Origin: a phage
DNA: 64,000 nt
Assembly (NCBI GenBank): GCA_024683775.1
Contig: GCA_024683775.1_4106.1
Reading direction: 5' to 3' (one strand)
The notes under the pieces were generated by a model that saw only the letters and a list, made by a program, of their open reading frames with translations, was not told the DNA's origin and did not search any database. Below, one piece after another: positions 28,641 to 39,119 of this stretch. Position numbers and translations under genes: made by a program. Position 1 is the stretch's first letter, and every line of letters starts with the position of its first letter.

Positions 28641-29317
28641 AAAAGAAACTAAATGAACAAGGTTTACGTCCACAAGTACTAAAGGATTTGATTCATCCTA
28701 TTATTAGTGTAGATGAATATACTCCTAAGATTGAAGATAGTAATATCGTTGTTATGTTTCAAGTACTAAACAACTTTGATGCTGCATATGACCTGTCATC
28801 TTTTATTGAGAAGTCTCCAATTGATGCAGTTGATACTGAAGCTGCTGAAACACCTAACCTGGATGGTCGTTATCAGGTATTCGTTGAAATGGAACGTGAT
28901 GCGGAATTTCCAGAAAACCTACTTCGTCTTATCAAAACTATTGAAAACATTTGCCCAAATCCTGGCTGGAAGATTCAGCTTTATGGTGTGAATGATCCGA
29001 TTGATGTTGATTTTGATGAAATTCAACAACGTATCGATTTGGGTATTCCTAAATCCATCAGTGAATTTTTAGACTTTGCTGGTGTATCTGTTGTTAAAGA
29101 AGGTCACATGCTTGCACTAAACACTGCATATGGTAAACTACATTACAGTACTGGTAGTGGCTTTGTGTCAGAAGCATACGTAAAACAGCTTCTATCGAAC
29201 GATACGCAGGTAGATACATCTCGCTTAAGTTCGGTACTAGGTGAAAGTTATAGCGTCCTACGTAGCGGTAATCAGTATGTAGTAGGTAAAGATGGGAAGT
29301 ATTTGGTGTTACGATGA
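28637..29317 (+). CDS. hypothetical protein
   Basis: ORF, ATGA overlap. Confidence 0.5.
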   Translation: MKKKLNEQGLRPQVLKDLIHPIISVDEYTPKIEDSNIVVMFQVLNNFDAAYDLSSFIEKSPIDAVDTEAAETPNLDGRYQVFVEMERDAEFPENLLRLIKTIENICPNPGWKIQLYGVNDPIDVDFDEIQQRIDLGIPKSISEFLDFAGVSVVKEGHMLALNTAYGKLHYSTGSGFVSEAYVKQLLSNDTQVDTSRLSSVLGESYSVLRSGNQYVVGKDGKYLVLR

Positions 29318-30132
29318 GAATTTTAAACATGCTTAAATCTCTCCATGAGACTACCAAACTTCACCAAGACGACAAGTATCATCGTAGTACAACTAAAGAT
29401 TTGGCATGTAGAATGTATATGAGACGATTCGAAATTTCTCGAATCGGTAAAGGATGGGACGATATCAAACGTGAAGATATCGACCCTGATGCGGTATTCA
29501 AAGCATACATGGCACGAAAAGTTTTTATCAATGAGAAAACTTTTTATATTGACAGCGATAAAGAACTTGAAGTAAAATTTACGAAAGGCTTGTGGAAGAT
29601 TTGGTGCTTAGAGACGTTCGGTGAAGTGTTACCAGAGCCACCAGTACCAGAAACTTACAAAGATCTAAAAGCTATATTTGACAATGAACATATACATACA
29701 AATTACTCACTATATGAAACTGTTTCCGAAGCGGTATTTTATGGAGAGTTGAACGGTCATAACAAGTACTTTGATAGTATGGTGAGTTTTGATTTATTCT
29801 GTCATCTCCCTGGTATCTCTAGTTGGACATGTGACCAGCATCGAGCTAGTAAGGTAGACAAGCGTAAGTTCTCTGCCCAACGCTTTATGCAAGCTGCTAT
29901 GGGTATGTACAAATTGGATTATCTTGGGTGTCCAGAACCATATAAACATTTTTGGAAAGAACGTGCACAAAAGTGCATGAACTATTGTATAATTCGTTTA
30001 ATGGATTCATACATTTTAAAATTCAGAAATGCAACTGTGTATGATATGCCGGAACCACCAAAGAATGAAAAGTACCCACCAGTAAAAACATTTGTGTGGT
30101 ACAAGGACAAGAGTAACAAAAGGATGCACTAA
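29314..30132 (+). CDS. hypothetical protein
   Basis: ORF, ATGA overlap. Confidence 0.5.
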   Translation: MRILNMLKSLHETTKLHQDDKYHRSTTKDLACRMYMRRFEISRIGKGWDDIKREDIDPDAVFKAYMARKVFINEKTFYIDSDKELEVKFTKGLWKIWCLETFGEVLPEPPVPETYKDLKAIFDNEHIHTNYSLYETVSEAVFYGELNGHNKYFDSMVSFDLFCHLPGISSWTCDQHRASKVDKRKFSAQRFMQAAMGMYKLDYLGCPEPYKHFWKERAQKCMNYCIIRLMDSYILKFRNATVYDMPEPPKNEKYPPVKTFVWYKDKSNKRMH

Positions 30133-30149
30133 GGTGCGTCCTTTTTTTC
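30121..30149 (+). terminator. intrinsic terminator
   Basis: AGGATGCAC-loop-GTGCGTCCT hairpin followed by TTTTTTT. Confidence 0.65.
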
Positions 30150-30162
30150 TTTAAAAAATGGT

Positions 30163-30191
30163 TTGACAAATACATCGTGTGTATGTAGAAT
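30163..30191 (+). promoter_or_regulatory. sigma70-like promoter TTGACA-17-TAGAAT
   Basis: Consensus spacing. Confidence 0.6.
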
Positions 30192-30231
30192 GTACGTATC
30201 GTATCAATTTTAATTAATTAAGAGGTTAGTA

Positions 30232-31359
30232 ATGAAAGGAAAATATTTTTTCATTGACAACGGAAAAGAAGTTGAAATCAAAGAATTTAACTTCAACTAC
30301 GTTCTTAACTCACTGTTAAAACAGTATGATCGTTCATCGAATCGAAAATATATGTATACCATTGTTGTGGACAGAACATACGATTCATTGGGAAATCCAC
30401 ATTTCGACACCCGTTCACTTTCACTCGACGAGATCTATTTTGATAATCGCCGTTTGAAGGTAATGGATTTGATGAAAGATAAAATTCATTTCTCAAATGT
30501 GAGAATCGTTCCAGATCTCCCAATTCCTCCGTTAGAGAAGGAGTACCGAGACTGGAAGGAAGGCAAACTTCGTCCAAACATGGCAGCAGTAGCTACTTCA
30601 CCAGACGTTCCGGCTCCTATTGTTCTTAAGAAGAAACCTATCGATCCTGAATGTGATATGGTTGCTGACATTGAACGTTGGATGGAATTCCCAGATACAA
30701 TTAAAAAAGATTCGGTAAAAGTACTGGATTGGTATGTTAACCTCCCAGTATGTGCACAAGAAGTTGGTATGAAGATTCAGAAGATCTCTGAGCGACAATT
30801 GGATTTGAACGCAGCACTACAACAACACAGTGATTATATCCGTTTATTAATGGGTAACCTTACAACAGCACTGGAAAAGTTATTCCCGTTGAAGCCTACC
30901 TTTGCACAGAAGTTGTTTGGGAAAGCAGATATCAAAGTTCAACCATCTGATTTACCAAAAGTAATGAAAGCATTGAATGAGGCCGTGAAGTACGATACTA
31001 ACAAGTTTAGTGGTATTACGTCTTTATTCACTGAAATTCGTGAGGAAGTTCGTGAAATCAAAAATGAACTTGAGTATGGTAAGATTGGGTGTGAATATGC
31101 AATTCGTCGTTTGGAAGATCCATTTGAATATGAACTAACGCTTGAACGTATTATGAAAATGGGTATTTCAACAGCAATGACTGAAACTAGTATTGTTGGT
31201 GTTAGTAAGCAGTATCAGATTGATATGAGCCGAATGATTGATATTCAAACTATCACTATCCCATTGATTATAGGTCGTTTACAAGCTCAAACTGGTAAAG
31301 CAGTCGATGAAGATACTGCCAATATCATTCGCAACCTAGCGTATGGAAATAAAGAGTAA
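30232..31359 (+). CDS. hypothetical protein (375 aa)
   Basis: ORF after AAGAGGTTAGTA. Confidence 0.55.
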   Translation: MKGKYFFIDNGKEVEIKEFNFNYVLNSLLKQYDRSSNRKYMYTIVVDRTYDSLGNPHFDTRSLSLDEIYFDNRRLKVMDLMKDKIHFSNVRIVPDLPIPPLEKEYRDWKEGKLRPNMAAVATSPDVPAPIVLKKKPIDPECDMVADIERWMEFPDTIKKDSVKVLDWYVNLPVCAQEVGMKIQKISERQLDLNAALQQHSDYIRLLMGNLTTALEKLFPLKPTFAQKLFGKADIKVQPSDLPKVMKALNEAVKYDTNKFSGITSLFTEIREEVREIKNELEYGKIGCEYAIRRLEDPFEYELTLERIMKMGISTAMTETSIVGVSKQYQIDMSRMIDIQTITIPLIIGRLQAQTGKAVDEDTANIIRNLAYGNKE

Positions 31360-31367
31360 AAAAGTAG

Positions 31368-31396
31368 TTGACAGTACTGAGTGTTGCCTGTAGAAT
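31368..31396 (+). promoter_or_regulatory. sigma70-like promoter TTGACA-17-TAGAAT
   Basis: Consensus spacing. Confidence 0.6.
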
Positions 31397-31442
31397 GTTT
31401 ATCACTGAGCAACACTATCTTAAATTAACTGAGGAATACACA

Positions 31443-32585
31443 ATGTCCGAGAAAGAAATCAATCCGAAAAAAGCAACAGTTAAACAAGCCAAAGCAACCA
31501 AAACTGCCAAACGTACTACCAAAACAGCAGCACACACAATTGACGCAACTGATATCTTCGAACAACAGTCCAAGTCACTTCCAGTACTGAAAGATACTAA
31601 AGGCAACAGTATGGCTTTAACTGTGCAGAATATTAATACCATCGGAACCACTGCTGGGGCAGGTGTAGGACGTTTGGCTGATGAAATCATGTCAAAAGTT
31701 AACGTCACTGATGATAATACCGAATTCGGTAAGTCTATTACTACTATCTTGACATTGACTCGTGCAGTTGATATTGATAGTCTACAGGACGATAAATCAA
31801 TCGTAGGCTGGGTCAAAAAACTTTTTGTTAATGCTAAACAGAAAGTTGGCGATCAGTACAAAAACAGTAAAGAACAAATTGATGAAATCATGAACACTCT
31901 TCAGGTTGGTATTAACCGCCAGCATGGGGAATGTGCATGGCTAGACACTGCTTACAACGAAAACAAAAACTATCTCTTTGAACTACGTGATACGTTAGTT
32001 GAGTTGGAAGAAGTTACCAAAGCACAAGATGCTGAATTGGTAGCAATGCAAGCGAACCCTGACGTTGATTCTTTTGCAATCCAGGAGCAAAAGATGATTT
32101 GTGAAGCTCTTTCTAAACAGGAAGATAAGATTCGTCGTCTTATCATGATGTGTGAACTGAGCGGTCCTCGCCTGATGAGTATGAAGAAAGTAAACCTCAA
32201 CACTGTTTCTAAGTTTGAGGATTTGAAATCAGTTGTTATTCCAGCATGGAAATCACAATTGGCTGAACAGTTGATTTCCGAACGTCAACGTAAAGACAAT
32301 GAGTTGGGTAATCTGATTGACAATGAAACTAACCGTTTACTCGAAGTAAACTCTAAAATGGTAGCAACTAACATGTTGGATGCTGCTAAGGCAAATAATC
32401 GTGGTATCGTGGATATTAAAACATTGCGTAATGTACACAAAACAATGATCGATAGCATCGAAGCAGTACTGATTGAAGAGAAGAAAGGTAAAGAAGAGCG
32501 TGAGCGAGCTAAGATTGAAATCGCAAAACTCTCTCATGAACTTGAAGATACTCTTCGTGAAATTGCTGAAAAAGCTAACAAGTAA
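31443..32585 (+). CDS. hypothetical coiled-coil protein
   Basis: Track ORF 31368 overlaps the promoter; start moved to ATG at 31443 after GAGGA. Confidence 0.55.
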   Translation: MSEKEINPKKATVKQAKATKTAKRTTKTAAHTIDATDIFEQQSKSLPVLKDTKGNSMALTVQNINTIGTTAGAGVGRLADEIMSKVNVTDDNTEFGKSITTILTLTRAVDIDSLQDDKSIVGWVKKLFVNAKQKVGDQYKNSKEQIDEIMNTLQVGINRQHGECAWLDTAYNENKNYLFELRDTLVELEEVTKAQDAELVAMQANPDVDSFAIQEQKMICEALSKQEDKIRRLIMMCELSGPRLMSMKKVNLNTVSKFEDLKSVVIPAWKSQLAEQLISERQRKDNELGNLIDNETNRLLEVNSKMVATNMLDAAKANNRGIVDIKTLRNVHKTMIDSIEAVLIEEKKGKEERERAKIEIAKLSHELEDTLREIAEKANK

Positions 32586-32587
32586 TA

Positions 32588-32616
32588 GTTGACACAAGAG
32601 TGCGTTTTCGATATAA
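32588..32616 (+). promoter_or_regulatory. sigma70-like promoter TTGACA-17-TATAAT, embedded in a hairpin
   Basis: Consensus elements; the -10 sits in the loop of the 32597..32643 hairpin. Confidence 0.55.
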
Positions 32617-32643
32617 TGTTCTTATTGAAACGCACTCTTTTTT
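32597..32643 (+). terminator. long-stem hairpin with U-run (terminator overlapping a promoter)
   Basis: AGAGTGCGTTTC ... GAAACGCACTCT 12-bp stem followed by TTTTTT. Confidence 0.55.
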
Positions 32644-32666
32644 AATATACAGATAAGGAACGAAAT

Positions 32667-33356
32667 ATGAAACGCCGTCATGTTAGTGTTGATATTGAAG
32701 CTCTCGGTACTCCTGAAAACTCTGGTTATGATATTATTATTCCAAATTATGCAGCAGTAGTTGTTCCAAGTAAACCTGAACATGATATCAGACAATTTGT
32801 ATATGTTAAGTTACCATACCAAGCACAAGTCAACGCTGGGCTGAAATCAGATGCAGGTGCAATGGATTTCTGGATGAATACATGTCAGAAGGAATATCCT
32901 AATGCATATGCTGAAGTTGCCAGTACTATGGCACTAGTTGCACCAGAATTGTACGGTCCTAATGGTAAATCCAAACAAATCTTTACTTCTAATGGTATTG
33001 TCGATTTCTGGAAAGATATCCGTTTTGATTGTTATGGTAAAGAGGTTGAACATTCAATTTGGGGAAATGGCTGCAACTTCGACTGTAGTATTTTACAAGC
33101 TAATCACTTAAAACTATTGAATGTTGGTGATTTGTGGAAATATGATGCTCCTGAAAACGCACGAACCCTGAAGCGTTTATTGAATGAAGAAGCTCGCACC
33201 GAAATGGATGAGATTGTGTCAGTGCAGTTAGCTAAATTCGTGAAGTATGTAGAAAAATGTGGTATTAATGGTTTGGAATTACATCACCCTCTGTATGATG
33301 CAGCACGTGAAGCTATCCAAATCTCCTATTGTCTCAATAAACTTAAACTGGACTAA
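32667..33356 (+). CDS. DnaQ-like 3'-5' exonuclease (DexA-like)
   Basis: Exo I motif VSVDIEALG; size and DEDDh-like pattern. Confidence 0.6.
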   Translation: MKRRHVSVDIEALGTPENSGYDIIIPNYAAVVVPSKPEHDIRQFVYVKLPYQAQVNAGLKSDAGAMDFWMNTCQKEYPNAYAEVASTMALVAPELYGPNGKSKQIFTSNGIVDFWKDIRFDCYGKEVEHSIWGNGCNFDCSILQANHLKLLNVGDLWKYDAPENARTLKRLLNEEARTEMDEIVSVQLAKFVKYVEKCGINGLELHHPLYDAAREAIQISYCLNKLKLD

Positions 33357-33359
33357 TAC

Positions 33360-34454
33360 ATGAATTTTATTATTCTGTTGATTCCTTCACTTATCGTTGT
33401 ATTTGTTATGAAATACATGTATGATAAGCACATCAGTACTAAAGAACTGTTGATTCATATTGGTTGTTGTATAGTTGGTGCTGCTCTTGTGCTTGGTATC
33501 TCATATGCAATCAACTACAGTCAATTGTACGATGTAGAGATTCTAAATGGGCAGGTAACATCCAAATATAATCACAAGGAGTTTTGTACACAATCAAGCT
33601 CATGTAAGCATTACACGTGGCACGAGAAATGCAGAACTCGTTATGATAGTAAGGGGAAATCCCATCGTGAATGTGAGTCCTATAAGGTATTTGATTATAC
33701 ATACGAAGTTGACTGGTATGTAAAAAGTACTGTAGGGAAGTTTGAGATTGAGCGAGTAAACCGTCAGGGTACAATGACCCCTCCACGCTGGCAACAGGTT
33801 AACATTGGGGATTATGCTGCCGCAGAAAGTTCTTATATTAACTATCTGTTCGCTGATAAAAACTCATTGTTCAGTCCTGATGAATTACATGAAATGTATG
33901 ATGAGAAATATCTTAGTACTTTACCAGAATACCCAAGTGTGGTAGACTATTATAAAACACACCATGTAATCAACACTACTAATTATAATGTAGATGGTTA
34001 TGATGAGTATCTGCGTGAAGAACTAAAAACTATGGGTGCACGTAAACAAGTCAACATCCAAGTTTTGGTTTATGATTATAAAAACGTAGATTTTGTTGAG
34101 GCAACACTCGCTTCGTGGCGTGGTGGTAAGAAGAATGATGTTATTATGTTCTTTGGAATTGATAATGATGGGAAGATTGTTAAATTTGATAGCACTTCCT
34201 TTGCACAAGGCATGAAGAACGAAGAACTACATGCTAAGATGCGAATGGATGCATTAAATGAAAAATTAACTCTTGACTTGTTGAGCAAAGAAGTGCATAA
34301 TATTGACACAAAGTTTGAAAGACTCTCTAATAAAGAGTTCGAGTACTTGTCTGTAAAAATGGAACCACGTAAAGATGTTCTCATCGGTGCTTCTATTTTA
34401 TTACTGATTGTATCTATTTTCATTGGCCTTTATATGAGGGATAACAAGTTATGA
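33360..34454 (+). CDS. membrane protein (N- and C-terminal TM segments, Cys-rich)
   Basis: Hydrophobic termini in translation. Confidence 0.5.
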   Translation: MNFIILLIPSLIVVFVMKYMYDKHISTKELLIHIGCCIVGAALVLGISYAINYSQLYDVEILNGQVTSKYNHKEFCTQSSSCKHYTWHEKCRTRYDSKGKSHRECESYKVFDYTYEVDWYVKSTVGKFEIERVNRQGTMTPPRWQQVNIGDYAAAESSYINYLFADKNSLFSPDELHEMYDEKYLSTLPEYPSVVDYYKTHHVINTTNYNVDGYDEYLREELKTMGARKQVNIQVLVYDYKNVDFVEATLASWRGGKKNDVIMFFGIDNDGKIVKFDSTSFAQGMKNEELHAKMRMDALNEKLTLDLLSKEVHNIDTKFERLSNKEFEYLSVKMEPRKDVLIGASILLLIVSIFIGLYMRDNKL

Positions 34455-35005
34455 ATGGTAAAATTATTGCATTGATTGGTGTTGTTGTTGTATTCGGTCT
34501 TATGGCAATTGGTTCAGTTAGTATGTATGTAGATGCACATGACCGTGCTGTTGAATTTGAAGGTAATATTAAAAAGTACTATGATGCATCAGAAAGTCAA
34601 CTAAGTAAATACACTCTTGTCATTCAAGAAAAAGTACAAGTTTCTGATAAGTATAAGGATGCATTGAAAGAAACCATCGAAACATACTTTAAAGGTCGTG
34701 AAGGTGTTGACCAGAAGTTTGTGATGTCACAGATTCAACAACAGGTTCCTAATCTCGATCCTAAGATTTATCAAGAACTTATGGTAACTATCGAGTCAGG
34801 ACGTACACAGTTCAACAATCTTCAGAAAATGAAAATTGACCAGTGTACTGATTATGCTAAGTTCCGTAAAGGTTTCTGGAACTCCAAAATTCTTGATACT
34901 AACACATTCCCAAGTGAAAATATTGAACATTTATGTACAGTAGTTTCTGATACACGCACTAAGAAAGCAATGGATACTGGTATCCAAGAAGTAATTAAAC
35001 TATAA
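34451..35005 (+). CDS. membrane-anchored protein
   Basis: N-terminal TM segment; ATGA overlap. Confidence 0.5.
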   Translation: MNGKIIALIGVVVVFGLMAIGSVSMYVDAHDRAVEFEGNIKKYYDASESQLSKYTLVIQEKVQVSDKYKDALKETIETYFKGREGVDQKFVMSQIQQQVPNLDPKIYQELMVTIESGRTQFNNLQKMKIDQCTDYAKFRKGFWNSKILDTNTFPSENIEHLCTVVSDTRTKKAMDTGIQEVIKL

Positions 35006-35014
35006 TCTAAATTT

Positions 35015-35040
35015 GGGAGTACATTGTACTCCCATTTTCT
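35015..35040 (+). terminator. intrinsic terminator
   Basis: GGGAGTAC-ATT-GTACTCCC hairpin followed by ATTTTCT. Confidence 0.65.
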
Positions 35041-35052
35041 ATAGGATTTATT

Positions 35053-35640
35053 ATGTTTTTAAAAAATACTTATGAATTAATTAAAATGCTTCAAAATATG
35101 AATTCCGGTGGTCTATTCCCGTATCACTCTGAGGATAAAACTCATCGTTTAGTTTTGAAATTGGATGAAACTGGGCGTATTGCATCACTAAGAACGGCTG
35201 TTCCAAATATAGATCAAGTAATTATGCCAACAACTCCGAATTCAGGAACTGCTGTTAATACACCACAAACATATAACTCAAACTACCAACACCCACAGAT
35301 GTATACGATTAGTACTCCATCTATTACAAGAGTTGCTTGTATTGTTAATATAAAAGTATCAAAAGACTATCGTGATTTAATATCAGTTGAATGGTCAGAA
35401 CTAACATCAGCATTTGCAAACAATGGGCTTGTTGTAACAAATGCTGGTATAGCAGTCAATGCAAAAGAAGGACAACAGATAATGAGTGCGTTGTATCTTA
35501 GCAATGGTTATGTTATCATTAATGGGAAGTTGTATTGTAACACCGAACCAGAAGCACTCACTGAAGATTTGATTAGTGAAAAAGAATATAGTCTTCTTGA
35601 AATTATGAATTTAAAAAAGGTATATGAAAACTGTGATTAG
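35053..35640 (+). CDS. hypothetical protein
   Basis: ORF. Confidence 0.45.
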   Translation: MFLKNTYELIKMLQNMNSGGLFPYHSEDKTHRLVLKLDETGRIASLRTAVPNIDQVIMPTTPNSGTAVNTPQTYNSNYQHPQMYTISTPSITRVACIVNIKVSKDYRDLISVEWSELTSAFANNGLVVTNAGIAVNAKEGQQIMSALYLSNGYVIINGKLYCNTEPEALTEDLISEKEYSLLEIMNLKKVYENCD

Positions 35641-36205
35641 ATTTGATCAAGACGATTTGCCATTTATCCAAGAACTAGAAGAACTAGTTACGGTAACGAT
35701 GCAAGAAATTAGTTCATGGGATATAACAGTTTTTAGGAACGTATATGATAAAATCACAAACTTTAAAACTGTTAATATTGAGGTAAAACACAATAACTTT
35801 TACTTAACAAAAGAATTCATTCTAAAAAGACCAGGAACGATCCAACCGAAACGTAGTTTGTCTTTTGCTCAAGTTCTCGGTGCTAAGACAAGGGATGATG
35901 ATTTGAATGAATCAATATATTCGTATATTAAAGAGCGTTCTCCTGATGTTAAGAAGAGATATTACCTTTGTGTTACATTTGATGAACAAGGAAAACTAAA
36001 TGCGTATTCTATAAATTCATCAGCACACGTCCCATTACATTCAACGTCAATTGGTGATAAACAATTACTAATCGATTCATCAACATGGCATAATAGGGAA
36101 AATTTTGCCACTGAAACTTTTCAGTACTCGGTATCTGAACCAAAGTCTCCATTTGATTTTGTGTTTGTTAATAACATCCTTTTACGTTTTGGTGTAGGAG
36201 TCTAA
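35624..36205 (+). CDS. hypothetical protein; possible divergent member of the FQxS family (ETFQYSVSE)
   Basis: ORF; weak motif match near C-terminus. Confidence 0.45.
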   Translation: MKTVIRFDQDDLPFIQELEELVTVTMQEISSWDITVFRNVYDKITNFKTVNIEVKHNNFYLTKEFILKRPGTIQPKRSLSFAQVLGAKTRDDDLNESIYSYIKERSPDVKKRYYLCVTFDEQGKLNAYSINSSAHVPLHSTSIGDKQLLIDSSTWHNRENFATETFQYSVSEPKSPFDFVFVNNILLRFGVGV

Positions 36206-36207
36206 AT

Positions 36208-36561
36208 ATGCTAATTTATTTGAGTGTTCTTGTTATTTCATTACTAGTATCATTAGCAGTACTGAAAGTTGTTGCTATCGGTCGTAGTAAAATTGATAGT
36301 ACTGAAACCAGTTCTGTGTTGGACCTAATTATGGATCATCCAAAGATCTGTACTGGGATTGTTGTGTTTGTTCTTCTTATAGGAACATTCATTGTACGTA
36401 CACATTTATACAATATGTATGACTGTAGTGTTCGTTCAATTTCTCAGGGTGTTGAAACCGACTATAGCTGGTACTATGAGAAATGTCGCTTCAAAAACCA
36501 GCATGGTATTTGGGTTGATTTTGATAAACTGCGTGGTACACCATCTGGTGAAGAAGAGTAA
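36208..36561 (+). CDS. small membrane protein
   Basis: Two hydrophobic segments. Confidence 0.4.
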   Translation: MLIYLSVLVISLLVSLAVLKVVAIGRSKIDSTETSSVLDLIMDHPKICTGIVVFVLLIGTFIVRTHLYNMYDCSVRSISQGVETDYSWYYEKCRFKNQHGIWVDFDKLRGTPSGEEE

Positions 36562-36563
36562 TT

Positions 36564-37055
36564 ATGTTTGAATTTCCTGAAGAGTCATTTAACTATATTG
36601 ACCCTACTGATGACGGATACAGACACATTAATATCTATAGTAAAGCTAAAACTAAGTTAGGTAGGGATCTATCTAACTTTTCGTCACATAGTTTTACCTT
36701 AGAACCATACGGTTGGTTCCCATCGGTAGAAACTTTTTATTTTTGGTTTTTAACAGGCCAGAAACATGATGATCTTAGAAAAGTGTCGGGTGCTGCTGCA
36801 AAAGCAGCGGCGAACAAGTATATGCACGACCGTATTGAAATGACACCCGAATGCATTTCTCGTATCCAGGATGCAATATGTGCTAAGATATTTCAAAACC
36901 CAGAACTTGCTGAACGATTGAGGAAAAGTAAGTTACCCTTCTATCATTACTATGTTTATGGTGGGAAGGTGGTTGATGTATCTGATGAACATGACTGGTT
37001 TGTTAAAACATTCGAAGATATAAGAATTGTTTTGAAGGAGAACCACAATGAGTAA
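36564..37055 (+). CDS. hypothetical protein (tentatively NADAR/YbiA-like)
   Basis: By-eye LSNF ... SVE pattern; low certainty. Confidence 0.4.
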   Translation: MFEFPEESFNYIDPTDDGYRHINIYSKAKTKLGRDLSNFSSHSFTLEPYGWFPSVETFYFWFLTGQKHDDLRKVSGAAAKAAANKYMHDRIEMTPECISRIQDAICAKIFQNPELAERLRKSKLPFYHYYVYGGKVVDVSDEHDWFVKTFEDIRIVLKENHNE

Positions 37056-37326
37056 ATGTTGGGTATGTTGTAAGCAATTCGATGAAGATTATATTATTTC
37101 TTTGGATGTATTACCACAACAATACATGATATCTTCAGGGAAATATAAACTAGATACAGTTCCAACACCTAAGTATATGGGGATTTGTCCATTGTGTAAT
37201 GGGAATGGTGTATCGAATGAAGTTGTTGCATTCACAAATACACAAACTACTGATTGTGTCGCCGAATATATAAGAAAGAATCTGGCTTTTTTCACTAGGA
37301 GATTATATGAACGAGAGAATCTTTAA
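37048..37326 (+). CDS. small Cys-containing protein (CxxC ... CxxC)
   Basis: CWVCC ... CPLCNG. Confidence 0.4.
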   Translation: MSKCWVCCKQFDEDYIISLDVLPQQYMISSGKYKLDTVPTPKYMGICPLCNGNGVSNEVVAFTNTQTTDCVAEYIRKNLAFFTRRLYERENL

Positions 37327-37543
37327 TTCATATGATATGGAAGATTTACTAATACCATCTGATAACAGTACTGTTAAAATGCAAATGTATTGGTTAGTAA
37401 AAGATGGAAAGGTATTCCAGCACAAAGTTACAAAAGTATGGCAATGTAATAAAAACAAATCTATAGTTGATGCACTCGCAACTGCATATCCTGGGGTAGA
37501 GGTTGTATTTTTACCATTTGCTTACATTAAGGAAATAAAATGA
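37307..37543 (+). CDS. hypothetical small protein
   Basis: ORF. Confidence 0.35.
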   Translation: MNERIFNSYDMEDLLIPSDNSTVKMQMYWLVKDGKVFQHKVTKVWQCNKNKSIVDALATAYPGVEVVFLPFAYIKEIK

Positions 37544-37704
37544 AAAAAAACATGGACAATATTCGTAATACCTACTATAATGTTGTTATTGTCACTTACG
37601 GTCCCGCAAGGGCATGTTGTGGCACTGAATGTAGTAGAAATTATTCTTCTTGTAATTCACTGCATTGTATGTTACTATTATGTAAAATCGGATGATAAAA
37701 AAAT

Positions 37705-38127
37705 ATGAAGTACTATCGAATTCGAGTTGGTGTAAGCTCTGGTTTTAGTAATTGGGTATATTATGATTTACCTGATAGCTATACCGTAGAAGATGTAATT
37801 GACTTATATTATGAAGAAGAGTCATGGGTATCCAGTACTGAAACACACAGTGTTGTGTGTGAAGAACTGAGTGCTGAAGATTACAAGCACTGTACCCAAG
37901 CAATGAAGTATTACAGTAAAGATGTGAAGATGTTATCTGAAAACGTTTTTCCTGTAAAAGAATGGGCAATTTTGCTTGCAAATCCTAACAAACCTGTTAG
38001 AATAGGTTATCCAAACAATCATATGGTTTATCGAATGAATGATAAACGTGAGCTAAGTTATCAGTATGATTACAGTGCTTCTAAGTTTGGAGTTCTAAAA
38101 CAATTTATGAAGGCTTATCCAGTATGA
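37705..38127 (+). CDS. hypothetical protein
   Basis: ORF. Confidence 0.45.
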   Translation: MKYYRIRVGVSSGFSNWVYYDLPDSYTVEDVIDLYYEEESWVSSTETHSVVCEELSAEDYKHCTQAMKYYSKDVKMLSENVFPVKEWAILLANPNKPVRIGYPNNHMVYRMNDKRELSYQYDYSASKFGVLKQFMKAYPV

Positions 38128-38459
38128 GCAAAGACAGCAAAGAATTTATAGTGCGTTGTAGTTGTGGCGATAATACGGAACATTGTGTTCACATTTCACA
38201 ATTTGACTTGACACAAGAACATGGAGATGATAAACTTGGTCAATGTCTGGTGAGTATGCGTTTGAATCCTTTCTTAAAATGGTACAAACGTATATGGGTT
38301 GCATTGAAGTATATTTTCGGCGTAAACGACTTTCAATACAAAGAAGCAATGATTGATGTTGACATTCTGAAAGAAGTTGTGTTACAATTAGAAGATACCC
38401 GCTCCGATGAGGTAAAGAAAGAAGAAAGAGATAAACGTACTGATGTGAAGGTTTTATGA
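38124..38459 (+). CDS. hypothetical protein
   Basis: ORF, ATGA overlap. Confidence 0.4.
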   Translation: MSKDSKEFIVRCSCGDNTEHCVHISQFDLTQEHGDDKLGQCLVSMRLNPFLKWYKRIWVALKYIFGVNDFQYKEAMIDVDILKEVVLQLEDTRSDEVKKEERDKRTDVKVL

Positions 38460-38650
38460 GTACTGAACTTTATGAAAAAAAGTACTGTACAAATTGTTCA
38501 ACCGAGTATACAATACAGGGTATGTTGATTTGTACAATATGCCAATCAAAACAGGCTGCCACTTTTATCGTTGATGATAGATTTGGTGATTTAAAACAGT
38601 TTAAAGCAAACCGTAATCTTCGTAACTTTAGCAATCTATATAAGGAATAA
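38456..38650 (+). CDS. small zinc-ribbon-like protein
   Basis: CTNCS ... CTICQ. Confidence 0.4.
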   Translation: MSTELYEKKYCTNCSTEYTIQGMLICTICQSKQAATFIVDDRFGDLKQFKANRNLRNFSNLYKE

Positions 38651-38653
38651 CAC

Positions 38654-39082
38654 ATGAATATCGAACAAACTATCCGTAACCACTCTTTCTTCGCTGCTGA
38701 AACTGGTCGTGTAATCGAGAGCGTCAAAATTGAAGAACTGATGATTAACGTTAAATATAAAGAACTGAATGATGAGATTAGCAGCACCATTTGTGCACTA
38801 CGTGCTCCATTCCGTTCTGAAGCAGCTAAGAAACCTGCCTATGTACTGGCGATTGCATTGGGTTGTGTAGTGAAATTGGTCGTTGATGAAAATCAACTAA
38901 ATATCAAAGTTGCTCCAACCAACGATGAAGAAAACATCGACCTGAACTTTGAAGGTAATCTGGCTGAAGACGTATTCTTCCAACAATCACTGGTTTATGA
39001 TTTCCGTACCGTAACTCATGACCATATCAACTTTGTCAATGAGATGGTTGACATTGTAGCTGAATACGAAGCTTCCCTATAA
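38654..39082 (+). CDS. FQxS-motif paralogue family member
   Basis: C-terminal EDVFFQQSLVYDF motif. Confidence 0.5.
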   Translation: MNIEQTIRNHSFFAAETGRVIESVKIEELMINVKYKELNDEISSTICALRAPFRSEAAKKPAYVLAIALGCVVKLVVDENQLNIKVAPTNDEENIDLNFEGNLAEDVFFQQSLVYDFRTVTHDHINFVNEMVDIVAEYEASL

Positions 39083-39094
39083 TTAGATTAACAA

Positions 39095-39119
39095 AAGCCT
39101 CCGTAATGGGGGCTTTTTC
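39095..39119 (+). terminator. intrinsic terminator
   Basis: AGCCTCC-loop-GGGGGCT hairpin followed by TTTTT. Confidence 0.55.

Noticed and set aside
37551-37697. Cys-rich ~48-aa ORF (MDNIRNTYYNVVIVTYGPARACCGTECSRNYSSCNSLHCMLLLCKIG) in the 37544..37704 gap
   Set aside because: Tempting as a small cysteine-rich peptide, but it has no clear RBS and is below any confidence threshold; noted only.
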